The notes: generated from the letters alone by a model not told the origin. Shown: positions 28,241-39,264, counted from the stretch's first letter. The stretch is DNA of 64,000 nt from an uncultured Nitrospira sp. (GCA_964416255.1 CAYQDJ010000005.1:5304-69303), one strand, 5' to 3'. Numbers and translations are program-made.

Positions 28241-29797
28241 ATGGCGCTCTCAAGCAGTGTGCATGATCTCCGCACCCTCGTTCGCTCGTACCATCCGCTG
28301 ATTGCCATCGATTCGGTGGAGGAAGACCGTATCCACACGCTGTTGGAATCCGTTGCCGCCCAAGAGCGCATGCCCTTATTCGAATGGTCGGTGACGCGCG
28401 GCCTCACCCGGGCCGACGGGACCCCGACCGTGAGCAAAATGACCGCGTCGCCGTTGGCCGTGCTTCAACATCTCCATGAGTTGACCGTCGAAGCGATTTT
28501 CTGGCTGAAGGATATGATTCCGCATTTGCAGGAGGCCGCCGTGGCGCGACAACTCAGGGAAGTCAGCCATCGGTTCACTCGCTCGCATGCCACCTGCCTC
28601 CTGACGGGCCACCCCCTCGTGCTCCCGCCCGACCTCGACAAGATCGCCGTTCGACTCGACCTGCGCCTGCCCGACCGCGAGGAATTGCGGTCGGTGCTTG
28701 AGAATGTTCAACGCTCATTGGATCCGCGGAAATCCGCCCGTCGATCGACCACCGTGGTGCAGAGCATGACCCGCTCGTCGGCAACCGAACCTTCATCGCA
28801 TCACACCCCTTCCCCCGCTGATCTGAATGCGATTCTTGGCGCGCTGGAAGGAATGACGCTGCACCAAGCCCGCCAGATCATCACCCACTGTTTGGTCGAA
28901 GGCGGCACCTTGTCGGCCGGCGATGTGCGCAAAATCATGGCACGGAAAGTCCATGCGATCAAGGAAGGAGGGCTTCTGGAATACTATCCGCTCGAGGACA
29001 ATCGATTTACCTTGGGCGGCTTTCGGAATCTCAAGTCATGGCTGGACCGCGCCAAGATAGGCTTTTCCGACGAAGCCAAGGCCCTCAATCTCTCTCCCCC
29101 GCGCGGCATCATGCTGGTGGGCGTACCGGGGTGCGGAAAATCTCTCGCGGCCAAAGCCATCGCCCGAGACTGGGGTCTGCCGCTCTTGAAACTCGACGCC
29201 GGGCGCCTCTTCGACAAATTTGTGGGAGAATCGGAAAAGAACTTCCGTAAAGCGGTCCACATGGCGGAATCTTTATCGCCCATCGTGCTGTGGATCGATG
29301 AGATCGAAAAAGCGTTCGGGGCGGGCGGCGGCAGCGGGGACGCCGACGCGGGCTTGGGTCGCCGGCTGTTCGGCGCCTTTCTCACCTGGCTGCAGGAGAA
29401 ATCATACGGCGTGTTCGTCGCGGCCACCGCCAACAATCTCTCCGCGCTGCCCCCTGAACTCCTCCGCAAAGGCCGATTCGACGAGATCTTTTTTGTGGAC
29501 CTTCCCGACGACGGCGAGCGGGAGGAAATTTGGAACATTCATCTGCGTCTTCGCAAGCAGGAGACCGAGAGATTCGATCTCCTTAAAATCGTCAGTGCCA
29601 GCGACGGTTTCAGCGGGTCCGAGATCGAGCAGGCGGTGGTGGCGGCGTTGTATCGAGCGCTCCATCACAAGACCCCGCTTACGACCGATCTCCTCATCGA
29701 CGAGTTGACGCAGACCATTCCGCTGTCGGTGACCCGAAGTGAAGACATTGATCAACTCCGACAGACGGCACAGGGCCGGTTCGTCAACGTGCGGTGA
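28241..29797 (+). CDS. Ycf46-like AAA+ ATPase
   Basis: Walker A GVPGCGKS, Walker B LWIDEIEK, LPPELLRKGRFDEIFFVDLP, degenerate N-terminal domain. Start 28241 chosen because an extended -10 box covers 28224-28232. Confidence 0.88.
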   Translation: MALSSSVHDLRTLVRSYHPLIAIDSVEEDRIHTLLESVAAQERMPLFEWSVTRGLTRADGTPTVSKMTASPLAVLQHLHELTVEAIFWLKDMIPHLQEAAVARQLREVSHRFTRSHATCLLTGHPLVLPPDLDKIAVRLDLRLPDREELRSVLENVQRSLDPRKSARRSTTVVQSMTRSSATEPSSHHTPSPADLNAILGALEGMTLHQARQIITHCLVEGGTLSAGDVRKIMARKVHAIKEGGLLEYYPLEDNRFTLGGFRNLKSWLDRAKIGFSDEAKALNLSPPRGIMLVGVPGCGKSLAAKAIARDWGLPLLKLDAGRLFDKFVGESEKNFRKAVHMAESLSPIVLWIDEIEKAFGAGGGSGDADAGLGRRLFGAFLTWLQEKSYGVFVAATANNLSALPPELLRKGRFDEIFFVDLPDDGEREEIWNIHLRLRKQETERFDLLKIVSASDGFSGSEIEQAVVAALYRALHHKTPLTTDLLIDELTQTIPLSVTRSEDIDQLRQTAQGRFVNVR

Positions 29798-30471
29798 CCG
29801 TCATGCGCTTGAAGTTCCTTGTCATCCTATCGGCCTGTATCATCGTGACGGGCTGCGGAAGGCCACGGCTGGACACCACCCCCGCTTCTCCAACGGGCGG
29901 GATCGGATGTTGTCGTCCGGGCGCGGGGCTTCCGACCGGACACGCCATCGCCCGCACCGCCGCCACGCTGGTGGGCGCCACAACCATCGAGAGCCGAGGC
30001 CGCCGCATCGCCTATGATTGCGCCGGCGTCACTCGGGCCGTGTATCTCACCCACGGCATCGACTTGTACGACAGCACCGCCACGGACCCTCGCGCAAACG
30101 GCGTCCGGCTGATCCACCGTCACCTGCGCCGACATGGCACACTCCATCACGGGCCGGCCGTGTACCCCGGCGATCTGGTCTTTTTCGACAACACATGGGA
30201 TGCGAACGGCGACGGAGTGTGGAATGATCCGTTGACCCACGTCGGCATCGTGGAACTGGTGGAGAGGGACGGGACCATCGTGTTTATCAGCCGCGTGGCC
30301 GACGCCATCGAACGGTACCGCATGAATCTCTCACACCCCCATGTGCATCGGGCGGCGGATGGACGGATTCTCAATGACTATTTGCGGCGAAAACGTCGGC
30401 ACGACCCGAATCATCACGGTCGTCTGACAGGAGAGCTGTTTGCCTCTTTCGGCACAAGAATCGTCTCCTAA
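29794..30471 (+). CDS. NlpC/P60 (CHAP-like) lipoprotein, putative peptidoglycan hydrolase
   Basis: Lipobox VTGC, YDCAG catalytic Cys, PGDLVFF, THVGIV. Start overlaps the ATPase stop. Confidence 0.8.
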   Translation: MTVMRLKFLVILSACIIVTGCGRPRLDTTPASPTGGIGCCRPGAGLPTGHAIARTAATLVGATTIESRGRRIAYDCAGVTRAVYLTHGIDLYDSTATDPRANGVRLIHRHLRRHGTLHHGPAVYPGDLVFFDNTWDANGDGVWNDPLTHVGIVELVERDGTIVFISRVADAIERYRMNLSHPHVHRAADGRILNDYLRRKRRHDPNHHGRLTGELFASFGTRIVS

Positions 30472-30626
30472 CTTTGCAGAATGATCGTTTCTCGTTTCAA
30501 TACTTCAAACGGCATGATTGGGTTTGGCACCCGACATACGTCCTTGAGGAGTGCGTCCCCCACTGACTTCGCGACCGGCACAGTGATCCTGCGCAGCGCA
30601 CCACCAACGAAGCCCAAGGAGGAGCC

Positions 30627-30788
30627 ATGGGACAGACAGCCGCGTACTGCAGTGACTGCTACAACAAGATCGGCCGAACAGAAGATGCCGCCGTCAAAGC
30701 GGCCGAGAGCGAGGGCAAGGTGCCGATGACCAAAGAAGGCACCTGCAGCAAGTGCCAGAAATCCACCACGGTGGTCTTTTACGAATGA
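30627..30788 (+). CDS. 53-aa protein with CxxC...CxxC (zinc-ribbon-like); below the ORF-track cutoff
   Basis: SD AAGGAGGAG, MGQTAAYCSDCYNKIGRTEDAAVKAAESEGKVPMTKEGTCSKCQKSTTVVFYE, GC-rich third codon positions. Confidence 0.75.
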   Translation: MGQTAAYCSDCYNKIGRTEDAAVKAAESEGKVPMTKEGTCSKCQKSTTVVFYE

Positions 30789-31066
30789 CCCCTGGGCCAT
30801 GACGGCCTTCGGCCGGCAGACGACACAGCCATCCCGAATGTCCTGATCGAGAAGCGAGCCATGCGTCCGGACGAGATCCGACCAGCAGCGCCGTTCGAGC
30901 GCATGGTGAACGCGAAGAAGCGGGTCCGGTCTCCTGATTGGAAGTCCCGCCGTCACTGATTCGATCGTGACAACCCAAAAAGCGAGTCGTGTGGCTCGCC
31001 AGGATAATTCCCTGCGTGTTCTTTCCGAGCCACCATTTTTACCGATGACCTGCTACAATTATCGCT

Positions 31067-31498
31067 ATGGCGACGTCATCACGGTCTGTGCGCATCAAGC
31101 AAGCGAGTCCGCTCAGGCAGGCGCTCTACAATGTGCGGCAGGGACTTCTCGGCCTTCACAAGGCTCTCATCGTGGCTGAACAGTTGACCTTCGAACGGAT
31201 CTACGGACGCGTGGATTCGACCGGGCAGTTGCTCCAACTGGTCATGAACGACCCCTGGTTCACCTGGTTGCACCCGCTGTCCAATCTGGTTGTGCGAATC
31301 GACGAATTGATGGACGAAAAGGGGGACCTGACCGCGGAAGAAGTCGCGCTCATCATGACAGAGATTCGCGGACTCATCCGTCCTTCGGAATCGGGAGACG
31401 GCTTTGAACGCGCCTATTACGAAGCCTTGCAGCGCGCCCCGGACGTCGTGATCGCTCACTGCGAGATGAAGAAACTGCTGACATTGCCCAGTCCCTAG
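31067..31498 (+). CDS. Conserved-looking hypothetical protein
   Basis: LHKALI.AE..FERIYGRV...LLQLVMNDPWFTWLHPLS.LVVRIDE pattern. Extended -10 TGCTACAAT lies 7 nt before the ATG. Confidence 0.8.
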   Translation: MATSSRSVRIKQASPLRQALYNVRQGLLGLHKALIVAEQLTFERIYGRVDSTGQLLQLVMNDPWFTWLHPLSNLVVRIDELMDEKGDLTAEEVALIMTEIRGLIRPSESGDGFERAYYEALQRAPDVVIAHCEMKKLLTLPSP

Positions 31499-31611
31499 CC
31501 CCAAACTCTGACCACGGACGTCTCCCACGACCTGTGCCTCGTCCCTCTGTTCTCAGGTGGTGCTGACGGTCATACTTGCCTTGGAGCGGGGGTTGCCCTC
31601 ACAGGGAAGCG

Positions 31612-32490
31612 CTAGGAGGAGGGGCGGTTGACCGGCGGCTTGCCTTCATCCGTCAGAAGCGGTGAGGAGTCCAGCGCCGTGTGGGGAACAAACGTCGGTT
31701 CCAGAAGTTTTTGCCCTTCCGCCGACGTCACAAAGTCTACAAACGCTTGTGTGACTGGATCAGGGCGCTCTGCGGTGAGGAACAACACGGGGCGACGGAT
31801 CTTATAGGCGCCAGTCTTCACCGTGGGCTGCCCTGGTTCAATGCTGTCCACCGTGAGAATGCGGATCGGAATGCCGTCCTCCTGCGCCCGCAGCGCCGCC
31901 GCCATCGAGAGATAGCTGATGGCACGATCCCGACCCGAGACCGCCCGCAATGCCTTGTCGTCCGTCAACAGCGGCTTTCCTGATGCACGGAACCGTCCGG
32001 CAATGCCGAGGGACGACTCCAAACCTGACTGCATATTCGCCGTCGGCATCCGCGGAACCACTTCAACCGCCTCATTCGCGCCATCGAGATCGGACCAGCG
32101 GGTAATCTTGCCCGTTAACAGCCCCTTGACCTGATCCAAAGTCACTTCCTTCACAGGGTTCGCAAAGTTGACGATCATCGCAATCCCGTCCCAGGCGATC
32201 GGAACCGTCTTCAGCTTCTGCGCCGGCCGGTCCGTCACGGCCACGTGCGCCTCGCCGGCTCGGACCAGTTCGGTCGCTCTCACCGTTTTGTCCCAGGCGA
32301 AATCGATGGCTGTGCCCGGATGTGCCCGTTCAAACGCCTGTCCCAGATCCTGGATGACCGGCAATTCCGGACCATGACCGGCGATGACAATACGCCCGGT
32401 GAGTCCGGCAACCGCTGCAGGCAGGCCTCCGCCCGACAAGATGAGGGCTATCGCCAAGACCAGAGTGGCACCTGTGCGTGGTATTCTCAT
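31612..32490 (-). CDS. PstS-family (PBP superfamily) substrate-binding protein
   Basis: Signal peptide, PIAWDGIAMIVN..NPV, ITRWSDL, Y.IRRPVLFLT, FVDFVTSAEGQ. No ABC partners adjacent. Confidence 0.8.
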   Translation of the reverse strand: MRIPRTGATLVLAIALILSGGGLPAAVAGLTGRIVIAGHGPELPVIQDLGQAFERAHPGTAIDFAWDKTVRATELVRAGEAHVAVTDRPAQKLKTVPIAWDGIAMIVNFANPVKEVTLDQVKGLLTGKITRWSDLDGANEAVEVVPRMPTANMQSGLESSLGIAGRFRASGKPLLTDDKALRAVSGRDRAISYLSMAAALRAQEDGIPIRILTVDSIEPGQPTVKTGAYKIRRPVLFLTAERPDPVTQAFVDFVTSAEGQKLLEPTFVPHTALDSSPLLTDEGKPPVNRPSS

Positions 32491-32565
32491 CGCCTTTCCC
32501 ATGATACCACACCGCTCCGGTTCTCTCGTTGCTCCACGTTCCACTTCATGAGGGCCAAGACGCAT

Positions 32566-32871
32566 TCAGAGAATCTGCTCGCAGGACCAGGAGAATACCC
32601 GAATGGATGGCTTCTGCCATCCAGGATGCTCCTCCTTCTGCTGGCACCAATTCTTCAGCGCCTTCGTCACCCGATCACCCGCGTCCTCCTCCAACGCGAC
32701 GAAAATCAACGAGTTGGTACCTGGATAAAAGGCCAACCCTTCCGCCGGCCCTGTCACGCCATAACCGACCGTTTCCTCCACCTGAGTAAAGGCCTCCACC
32801 CCGGATTCACGAAGCAGGTCATGGACCTGCTCTTGCAATGACGAACGGTAGGCCAGCATCAACATCTGCAT
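32566..32871 (-). CDS. PII-superfamily small protein (PG0541-like)
   Basis: SD GGAGG. 101 aa with AFTQVEETVGYG.TG...YPGTNSLIFV and IRVFSW, a PII-like pattern. Confidence 0.65.
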   Translation of the reverse strand: MQMLMLAYRSSLQEQVHDLLRESGVEAFTQVEETVGYGVTGPAEGLAFYPGTNSLIFVALEEDAGDRVTKALKNWCQQKEEHPGWQKPSIRVFSWSCEQIL

Positions 32872-33014
32872 GGACACCTCCTCCGACCGTGTCAGCCTAT
32901 GTACAGCGGCGACGCTCTCATCATAATACGCAATCGGCGGGGGCGACGCAAAAAACCACACCTCGGCCCAAGCTGGTTCGGCTTTGATACCTGTGAGAAA
33001 AACGGCCACCGCAC

Positions 33015-33043
33015 GGAGGGCTGGAGATGGACGAGAGCCCTCC
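33015..33043. terminator. Hairpin downstream of gltD (possible terminator)
   Basis: GGAGGGCT-N13-AGCCCTCC with a poor U-tract. Confidence 0.3.
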
Positions 33044-33083
33044 CCACGTGACGCAGGGCCGAGGAGGGCAACGAACAGCCGAC

Positions 33084-34520
33084 CTAGGAAGAAGCGTTCT
33101 TGGCAGAACGACCGGCCCGCAGATAGCGATCCAGGCCGGCCGCCATTTTCCGGCCCTCAGCAATAGCCCAGACAATCAACGAGGCACCCCGCTTCGTATC
33201 GCCGCCGGCAAACACCCCGTCCACGTTGGTCATGAAGTGCTCATCGACGGACACGGCACCGCGCGGATCGTATTGTACGCCGAGGCTGTCGAGCAGTCCA
33301 TGCTTGACGGGCCCGGTAAATCCCATCGCCAGCAACACCAAATCCACATCCATGTCGAAGTCGCTGCCGACGACCGGCGTGAACACGCCGCCCTTGAACT
33401 CCACCCGGTGGGCGTGCAGTTTGGTAACATGGCCGTTGTGTCCGCTGAACTTGGCGGTGGACACACTCCACTGCCGATCGCAACCCTCTTCATGCGCGTG
33501 CGAGGTACGAAGCTGCATCGGCCACAGCGGCCAGGGGGTCGTGGCGGCACGTTGGAGGGGGGGCTCCGGCAACAGCTCAAATTGATGTGCTTCCGCGCAA
33601 CCCTGCCGATGCGCAGTCCCCAAACAGTCCGACCCCGTGTCTCCCCCGCCGATGATGACGACGCGTTTCCCCTTAGCCGTGATCGGTTCGTCGGTGACCG
33701 CAATCCCGGCTGTGCGCTTGTTCTGCTGGGTCAAATACTCCATGGCCAGATGCACGCCTTTGAGTTCGCGCCCGGGAATCGGCAGCTCACGAGCCTGTTC
33801 GGCGCCCATCGTCAGGCCCACGGCATCGAACTGCGACCGCAGCTGGTCGGGGGAGAGATCTTTCCCGACCGTCACGCCGGTTCTAAACTCCACGCCTTCG
33901 GCTTTCAGCTGTTCGAGTCGACGATCGATCACCCACTTTTCCATCTTGAAATCAGGAATGCCGTAACGGAGCAAGCCGCCGATGCGATCGGCTTTTTCAA
34001 ACAGGGTCACGCTGTGGCCGGCCCTGGCGAGTTGCTGCGCGGCGGCCAGCCCTGCCGGGCCGGAGCCGACAATGGCCACAGTCTTGCCGGTCTTTCGAGG
34101 CGGTACGACCGGTTCCACCAACCCCTCGTTGAACCCGCGATCGATGATGTTCCACTCGATGATGCGGATGGACACCGGATCATCATTGAGCCCCAGTACG
34201 CAGGCGCCCTCACAAGGCGCGGGACACAGTCGGCCGGTGAACTCGGGAAAATTATTCGTCGTGTGCAGCGCTTTCAGGGCATCCTTCCAGCGTCCGCGAA
34301 AGACGAGATCGTTCCACTCGGGAATCAGATTGACCACCGGGCAGCCGGTCGTGCCTTGACAGAAGGGGACCCCGCAATCCATGCAACGGGCGCCTTGCGT
34401 CTTGAGCTTCTCTTCGGAAATGGGTTCATACATTTCCTTCCAGTCGAGCACGCGCAACTCCACCGGTTTGCGCTGGGGCCCCTCACGGGCATATTTCATG
34501 AATCCTTTGGGATCGCCCAT
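33084..34520 (-). CDS. gltD: Glutamate synthase small subunit
   Basis: ARCMDCGVPFC, NNFPEFTGRLCPAPCEGAC, GSGPAGL, IGGGDTGSDC, AGGDTKRGASLIVWAI. Confidence 0.96.
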   Translation of the reverse strand: MGDPKGFMKYAREGPQRKPVELRVLDWKEMYEPISEEKLKTQGARCMDCGVPFCQGTTGCPVVNLIPEWNDLVFRGRWKDALKALHTTNNFPEFTGRLCPAPCEGACVLGLNDDPVSIRIIEWNIIDRGFNEGLVEPVVPPRKTGKTVAIVGSGPAGLAAAQQLARAGHSVTLFEKADRIGGLLRYGIPDFKMEKWVIDRRLEQLKAEGVEFRTGVTVGKDLSPDQLRSQFDAVGLTMGAEQARELPIPGRELKGVHLAMEYLTQQNKRTAGIAVTDEPITAKGKRVVIIGGGDTGSDCLGTAHRQGCAEAHQFELLPEPPLQRAATTPWPLWPMQLRTSHAHEEGCDRQWSVSTAKFSGHNGHVTKLHAHRVEFKGGVFTPVVGSDFDMDVDLVLLAMGFTGPVKHGLLDSLGVQYDPRGAVSVDEHFMTNVDGVFAGGDTKRGASLIVWAIAEGRKMAAGLDRYLRAGRSAKNASS

Positions 34521-37500
34521 CAGTGCACCGCACTCGCTCTCCGCTTCCGCTCTTCCAACACGCGCTTATAATCCACCGGCATGACCTTCCGGAACTTCGG
34601 CAGCATGCTGTCCCAGGCATTCAGAATGCGTTTCGCATTCCGGCTTCCCGTGTGGATGAAGTGAGCGGTAATCATCTCGTGCAGGAGCTTCTTGTCGTCG
34701 TTGCTGGAGACGCCTTCCAATTCAACCATGCCGAGGTTGCAACGCGACTGGAACCGATCGAATTCATCCAAGACGAACGCGATCCCTCCGGACATTCCCG
34801 CCGCGAAATTGCGGCCCGTCCGGCCGAGAACCACCACGACGCCGCCGGTCATGTATTCGCAGCCGTGATCGCCGGTGCCCTCAACGACCGCCCGGACTCC
34901 GCTGTTCCGTACGGCAAACCGCTCTCCCGCCATGCCGTAGCAATAGGCTTCTCCTTGCGTGGCGCCGTAGAGCGAGGTGTTGCCGATCAAAATTGTCTCC
35001 TCCGGAACATACAGCGCCTCCTTGGGTGGAAAGACGATGATCTTCCCGCCGGAGAGCCCTTTCCCGAGGTAGTCGTTCGATTCGCCTTCCAATGTGAGGG
35101 TGAGGCCTCGCGATAAAAACGCACCGAACGATTGCCCGGCCGAACCCGTCAACTTGATCGAAATAGTATCGGGCGGCAACCCGTCAAGGCCGTACCGTTT
35201 GGCGACACGGCTCGATAACATCGTTCCCACCGTCCGGTTCACGTTCCGTATCGGCAGCGTCAGCGTGACCTTCTCGCCGGTTTCCAAGGCCGGCCGGCAC
35301 AGCTCGATCAACTGGTTGTCGAGTACGTCGGCGAGGCCATGATCCTGTTTGCGCACGCAACGGCGCGGGATCTCCGGCCCCACCTCCGGGGCCTTCAGCA
35401 ATGGAGACAGGTCCAGGCCTTTGGCCTTCCAATGGTCGATGGCCTTTTGGACTTTCAATTTATCCACACGCCCGACCATCTCGTTGACGGTCCGAAATCC
35501 CAGCTTTGCCATGATCCGCCGCAGTTCTTCGGCCACGAAGAAAAAGAAGTTGACGATGTGCTCCGGCTGGCCGGCAAACTTCTTTCGCAACACAGGATCT
35601 TGCGTGGCGATGCCGACCGGACAGGTATTGAGGTGACACTTGCGCATCATGATGCAGCCTTCAACGATCAACGGCGCGGTGGCAAATCCAAACTCTTCCG
35701 CGCCCAGCAGCGCGGCAATCGCCACATCCTGTCCCGTCTTCAGTTGCCCGTCGGTCTCGACGCGGATCCGCCCGCGCAGGTCGTTGAGAACCAAGGTCTG
35801 ATGGGTTTCCGCCAACCCCAATTCCCACGGCACGCCGGCATATTTGATGGACGAGAGCGGTGAGGCGCCTGTGCCGCCAGAATCCCCGCTGATCAGCACT
35901 TTATCGGCATGCGCCTTCGCCACACCGGCGGCCACGGTGCCCACGCCCACCTCCGACACCAATTTGACGGAGACGGCGGCGTCGGGATTGGCATTCTTCA
36001 AATCGAAAATCAGCTGAGCCAGGTCCTCGATGGAATAGATGTCATGGTGCGGAGGCGGGGAGATCAGCGGCACGCCCGGCGTGGAATACCGCAGGCGCGC
36101 AATGTTGTCGTCGACCTTATGACCGGGCAGCTGACCGCCTTCCCCGGGCTTCGCGCCCTGCGCCATCTTGATCTGCAATTCCCTGGCGTTCACCAAGTAA
36201 TGGCTCGTAACCCCGAACCGCGCCGAGGCGACCTGCTTGATGTAACTGTTTTTGGAATCGCCGTTCGGGAGCGGCGCAAATCGTTCGGGGTCCTCCCCGC
36301 CTTCGCCCGTGTTGCTCTTCGCACCCAGCCGATTCATCGCCACCGCCAGCGTCTCATGCGCTTCCTTACTGATCGACCCGAACGACATGGCGCCGGTGGT
36401 GAATCGTGCCACGATAGTCTGGGCCGGCTCCACCTCGGCCAACGGAATGGGTTCCGGAAGAAATTTGAACTCCAACAAGCCGCGCAAATTGGACCGACGC
36501 CGGCTTTCATCGTTGACGAGTTGCGAAAATTCGGCGAAGGTCTTGGGGTCGTTTACCTTGGTGGCATGCTGCAGCTTATAAATGGTCTCCGGGTTCCAGT
36601 TATGGTGCTCGCCCTGAATGCGGTAATGGATCTCCCCGCCGAAGTCGAGCTGGTGGATCGGGGCCGGTTCGTAAGCCATGCGATGCCGCCGCAACGTCTC
36701 CTCACCGATCTCGCGGATGCCGATGCCTTCGATGCGTGACGGCGTGCCGGCGAAATAACGGTGGATGGCGTCGTGATTGAGTCCGATCGCCTCGAAAATC
36801 TGCGCGCCGCAATAGGATTGCACGGTAGAGATCCCCATTTTGGAAAAGATCTTCAGCAACCCCTTGTTGATGGCCTTGATGAATTTGCCTTCGGCCGTTT
36901 GTGCATCCAACCCTTCGGGCAGATAACCGTCCCGCTCCATATCGATGAGCGATTCAAACACCAAATAGGGATTCACGGTGCCCGCGCCGTACCCGATTAA
37001 ACAGGCAAAGTGGTGTACATCACGAGGTTCGCCGGTTTCCACCGTCAGGCCCACTTCGGTCCTCGTGCATTCGCGCACCAGATGATGATGGACCGCCGCC
37101 ACGCCCAAGAGGCTGGGAATCGGCGCCCAGTCGTCATTCACGCCTCGATCGCTCAAAATCAAAAATTTATACCCCTCTTTGATCGCCCGTGACGCCTGGC
37201 GACAGAGATCATCGACGGCGGCGCCCAACCCTTCCGGTCCTTCCGCGACACGAAACAGCATTTTGAGGGTTTTGCTCTTAAAATGCGGATCGGCGAGTTC
37301 GCGGATCTTTTGCAGGTCGGCGTTGGTCAGGATCGGCTGTTTCACCCGAATGCGCCGGCACGATTCCGGATGCTCGTCCATCAGGTTGGGTTTCGGACCG
37401 ATGCTGGTCGTCAGCGACATGACCAGTTCTTCTCGAATCGGATCAATCGGAGGATTCGTCACCTGGGCAAAGAGCTGTTTGAAATACTTAAAGAGCAGCT

Positions 37501-39037
37501 GCGGCCGCTCCGAGAGGACCGCCAAGGGTGTGTCGGTGCCCATGGACGACACCGCTTCCTGACCGTCAACCACCATCGGGGTGATCACCATCTTCAATTC
37601 TTCGACGGTATAGCCGAACGCCTGCTGCCGCTGCCGGATCGTGGGATGGTCGGGCTGCGGGACATTGAGCGGCTCCGGCAATTCATCGAGCGACACGCGG
37701 TGTTGCGTGACCCAGGAACGGTACGGCTTGCGGCTGACGATTTCGGCTTTGACCTCTTCGTCGTCGATGATACGGCCTTGCACCGTATCCACAAGAAACA
37801 TTCGGCCGGGCATCAGCCGACCTTTTTGCCGAATGTTGTGGATGTCCATCGGCAGAACGCCCGCCTCCGACGCTAAGACCACCAACCCATCGGTCGAGAC
37901 TTGGTAGCGACAGGGCCGCAGCCCGTTCCTGTCCAAGGTGGCGCCGATCAGTTTACCGTCGGTAAAGCAGACCGCGGCGGGTCCGTCCCACGGTTCCTGC
38001 ATGGCGGCATGGTATTCATAGAACCCGCGGCGATCGAGATCCATTTGGGGATTGGCCACCCAGGGCTCCGGAATCAACATCATCATGGCGTGCGGCAGCG
38101 ACCGTCCCCCCATGGTGAGAAACTCGACGGCATTATCTAGACAGGCGGAATCGCTTTGTGGCTCGTGGACAATGGGATAGAGCTTGGCCAGGTCTTCGCT
38201 GAAAAGATCCGAATTCAAACGACCTTGCCGCGCGCGCATCCAATTGACGTTCCCCTTGAGCGTGTTGATTTCCCCGTTATGGCAGATGTAGCGATAAGGA
38301 TGGGCCAGGGGCCAGGTCGGAAACGTATTCGTGCTGAATCGTGAATGGACCAGGGCCAGCGCGCTCGTCAGGCTGGCATCCTTGAGATCTTGATAGTACG
38401 CCGCCATCTGATGCGGAAGAAGCAGTCCTTTATAGACAAGAGTGCTCGCCGACAGGCTGGGAATATAGAAGTAGTCGCGGCCTTGGATCGCTGACTCCCG
38501 GACGGCGTTTTCGACGCGTTTGCGGATGACGTAAAGCTTGCGCTCGAACTGCCCTTCGTTCAGAACATCCCGGGCGATGAATACTTGGCGCATGAACGGT
38601 TCCGTACGGCGGGCCACCTCTCCGATCGCATCACTTTTCACCGGCACATCGCGCCAGCCCAGCAGGCGGGCGCCTTCTTGCGCCAGGATTTCGCCGACAA
38701 GCCGCTCGCACTGCGACCGGGCATCCGCCTCACGCGGCAGAAACACCATGCCGACGCCATACTCTCCCGCGCCGGGAAGCTGAATCCCGACATCGCCGGC
38801 AACACGCCGTAGGAAATCGTGGGGAACTTGCAGCAAAATCCCCGCGCCATCGCCCGTGCAAGGATCGCACCCTTGGGCGCCACGATGTGTCAAGTTTTCG
38901 AGGATCTGGAGTCCCTGTTGCACGATCGTGTGCGACTTCGCCCCCTGAATGTTGACGACAAAACCGACGCCGCACGAGTCTTTTTCCTGTTCAGGATCGT
39001 AGAGGCCTTGTTTCAGAGGGAGCCCTGGTATGTGCAT
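34520..39037 (-). CDS. gltB: Glutamate synthase large subunit
   Basis: N-terminal CGVGF (Ntn Cys), [58 protein letters not shown]. Confidence 0.98.
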   Translation of the reverse strand: MHIPGLPLKQGLYDPEQEKDSCGVGFVVNIQGAKSHTIVQQGLQILENLTHRGAQGCDPCTGDGAGILLQVPHDFLRRVAGDVGIQLPGAGEYGVGMVFLPREADARSQCERLVGEILAQEGARLLGWRDVPVKSDAIGEVARRTEPFMRQVFIARDVLNEGQFERKLYVIRKRVENAVRESAIQGRDYFYIPSLSASTLVYKGLLLPHQMAAYYQDLKDASLTSALALVHSRFSTNTFPTWPLAHPYRYICHNGEINTLKGNVNWMRARQGRLNSDLFSEDLAKLYPIVHEPQSDSACLDNAVEFLTMGGRSLPHAMMMLIPEPWVANPQMDLDRRGFYEYHAAMQEPWDGPAAVCFTDGKLIGATLDRNGLRPCRYQVSTDGLVVLASEAGVLPMDIHNIRQKGRLMPGRMFLVDTVQGRIIDDEEVKAEIVSRKPYRSWVTQHRVSLDELPEPLNVPQPDHPTIRQRQQAFGYTVEELKMVITPMVVDGQEAVSSMGTDTPLAVLSERPQLLFKYFKQLFAQVTNPPIDPIREELVMSLTTSIGPKPNLMDEHPESCRRIRVKQPILTNADLQKIRELADPHFKSKTLKMLFRVAEGPEGLGAAVDDLCRQASRAIKEGYKFLILSDRGVNDDWAPIPSLLGVAAVHHHLVRECTRTEVGLTVETGEPRDVHHFACLIGYGAGTVNPYLVFESLIDMERDGYLPEGLDAQTAEGKFIKAINKGLLKIFSKMGISTVQSYCGAQIFEAIGLNHDAIHRYFAGTPSRIEGIGIREIGEETLRRHRMAYEPAPIHQLDFGGEIHYRIQGEHHNWNPETIYKLQHATKVNDPKTFAEFSQLVNDESRRRSNLRGLLEFKFLPEPIPLAEVEPAQTIVARFTTGAMSFGSISKEAHETLAVAMNRLGAKSNTGEGGEDPERFAPLPNGDSKNSYIKQVASARFGVTSHYLVNARELQIKMAQGAKPGEGGQLPGHKVDDNIARLRYSTPGVPLISPPPHHDIYSIEDLAQLIFDLKNANPDAAVSVKLVSEVGVGTVAAGVAKAHADKVLISGDSGGTGASPLSSIKYAGVPWELGLAETHQTLVLNDLRGRIRVETDGQLKTGQDVAIAALLGAEEFGFATAPLIVEGCIMMRKCHLNTCPVGIATQDPVLRKKFAGQPEHIVNFFFFVAEELRRIMAKLGFRTVNEMVGRVDKLKVQKAIDHWKAKGLDLSPLLKAPEVGPEIPRRCVRKQDHGLADVLDNQLIELCRPALETGEKVTLTLPIRNVNRTVGTMLSSRVAKRYGLDGLPPDTISIKLTGSAGQSFGAFLSRGLTLTLEGESNDYLGKGLSGGKIIVFPPKEALYVPEETILIGNTSLYGATQGEAYCYGMAGERFAVRNSGVRAVVEGTGDHGCEYMTGGVVVVLGRTGRNFAAGMSGGIAFVLDEFDRFQSRCNLGMVELEGVSSNDDKKLLHEMITAHFIHTGSRNAKRILNAWDSMLPKFRKVMPVDYKRVLEERKRRASAVH

Positions 39038-39168
39038 GAGTTCAATCTCGCTGTTCAGGTCACGAGGGAGGTGACGACTTCGCGGCCAGAGGTCACGTCG
39101 CTACAGAGGAAGCGCGCGATTTCTTGATGTTTTCTTAGCGGTCTTCCCACCGTTCGCTTGTGCCAGGC

Positions 39169-39198
39169 ACCTTACTGGATGGGCTCGGGCTCTGTCAA
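39169..39198 (-). promoter_or_regulatory. sigma70-like promoter of gltBD
   Basis: TTGACA-N18-TAAGGT. Confidence 0.5.
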
Positions 39199-39227
39199 GA
39201 ATGCGATCCTGCCGCGCCGTCGTTTGC

Positions 39228-39257
39228 TTGACTTTATTCTCTCCGCTGCCCTACCAT
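39228..39257 (+). promoter_or_regulatory. sigma70-like promoter of the polyprenyl synthase, leaderless geometry
   Basis: TTGACT-N18-TACCAT, then 7 nt, then ATG 39265. Confidence 0.5.
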
Positions 39258-39264
39258 CCGCCGC

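Noticed and set aside
30468-30956. 162-aa minus-strand ORF from the track
   Set aside because: It is the antisense shadow of the 53-aa Cys4 ORF, which has a strong SD; it has no SD or motif of its own.
30786-30959. In-frame open stretch after the TGA of the 53-aa ORF (readthrough or selenocysteine)
   Set aside because: No Cys-like context or recognisable SECIS hairpin; 56 open codons is common by chance at this GC content.
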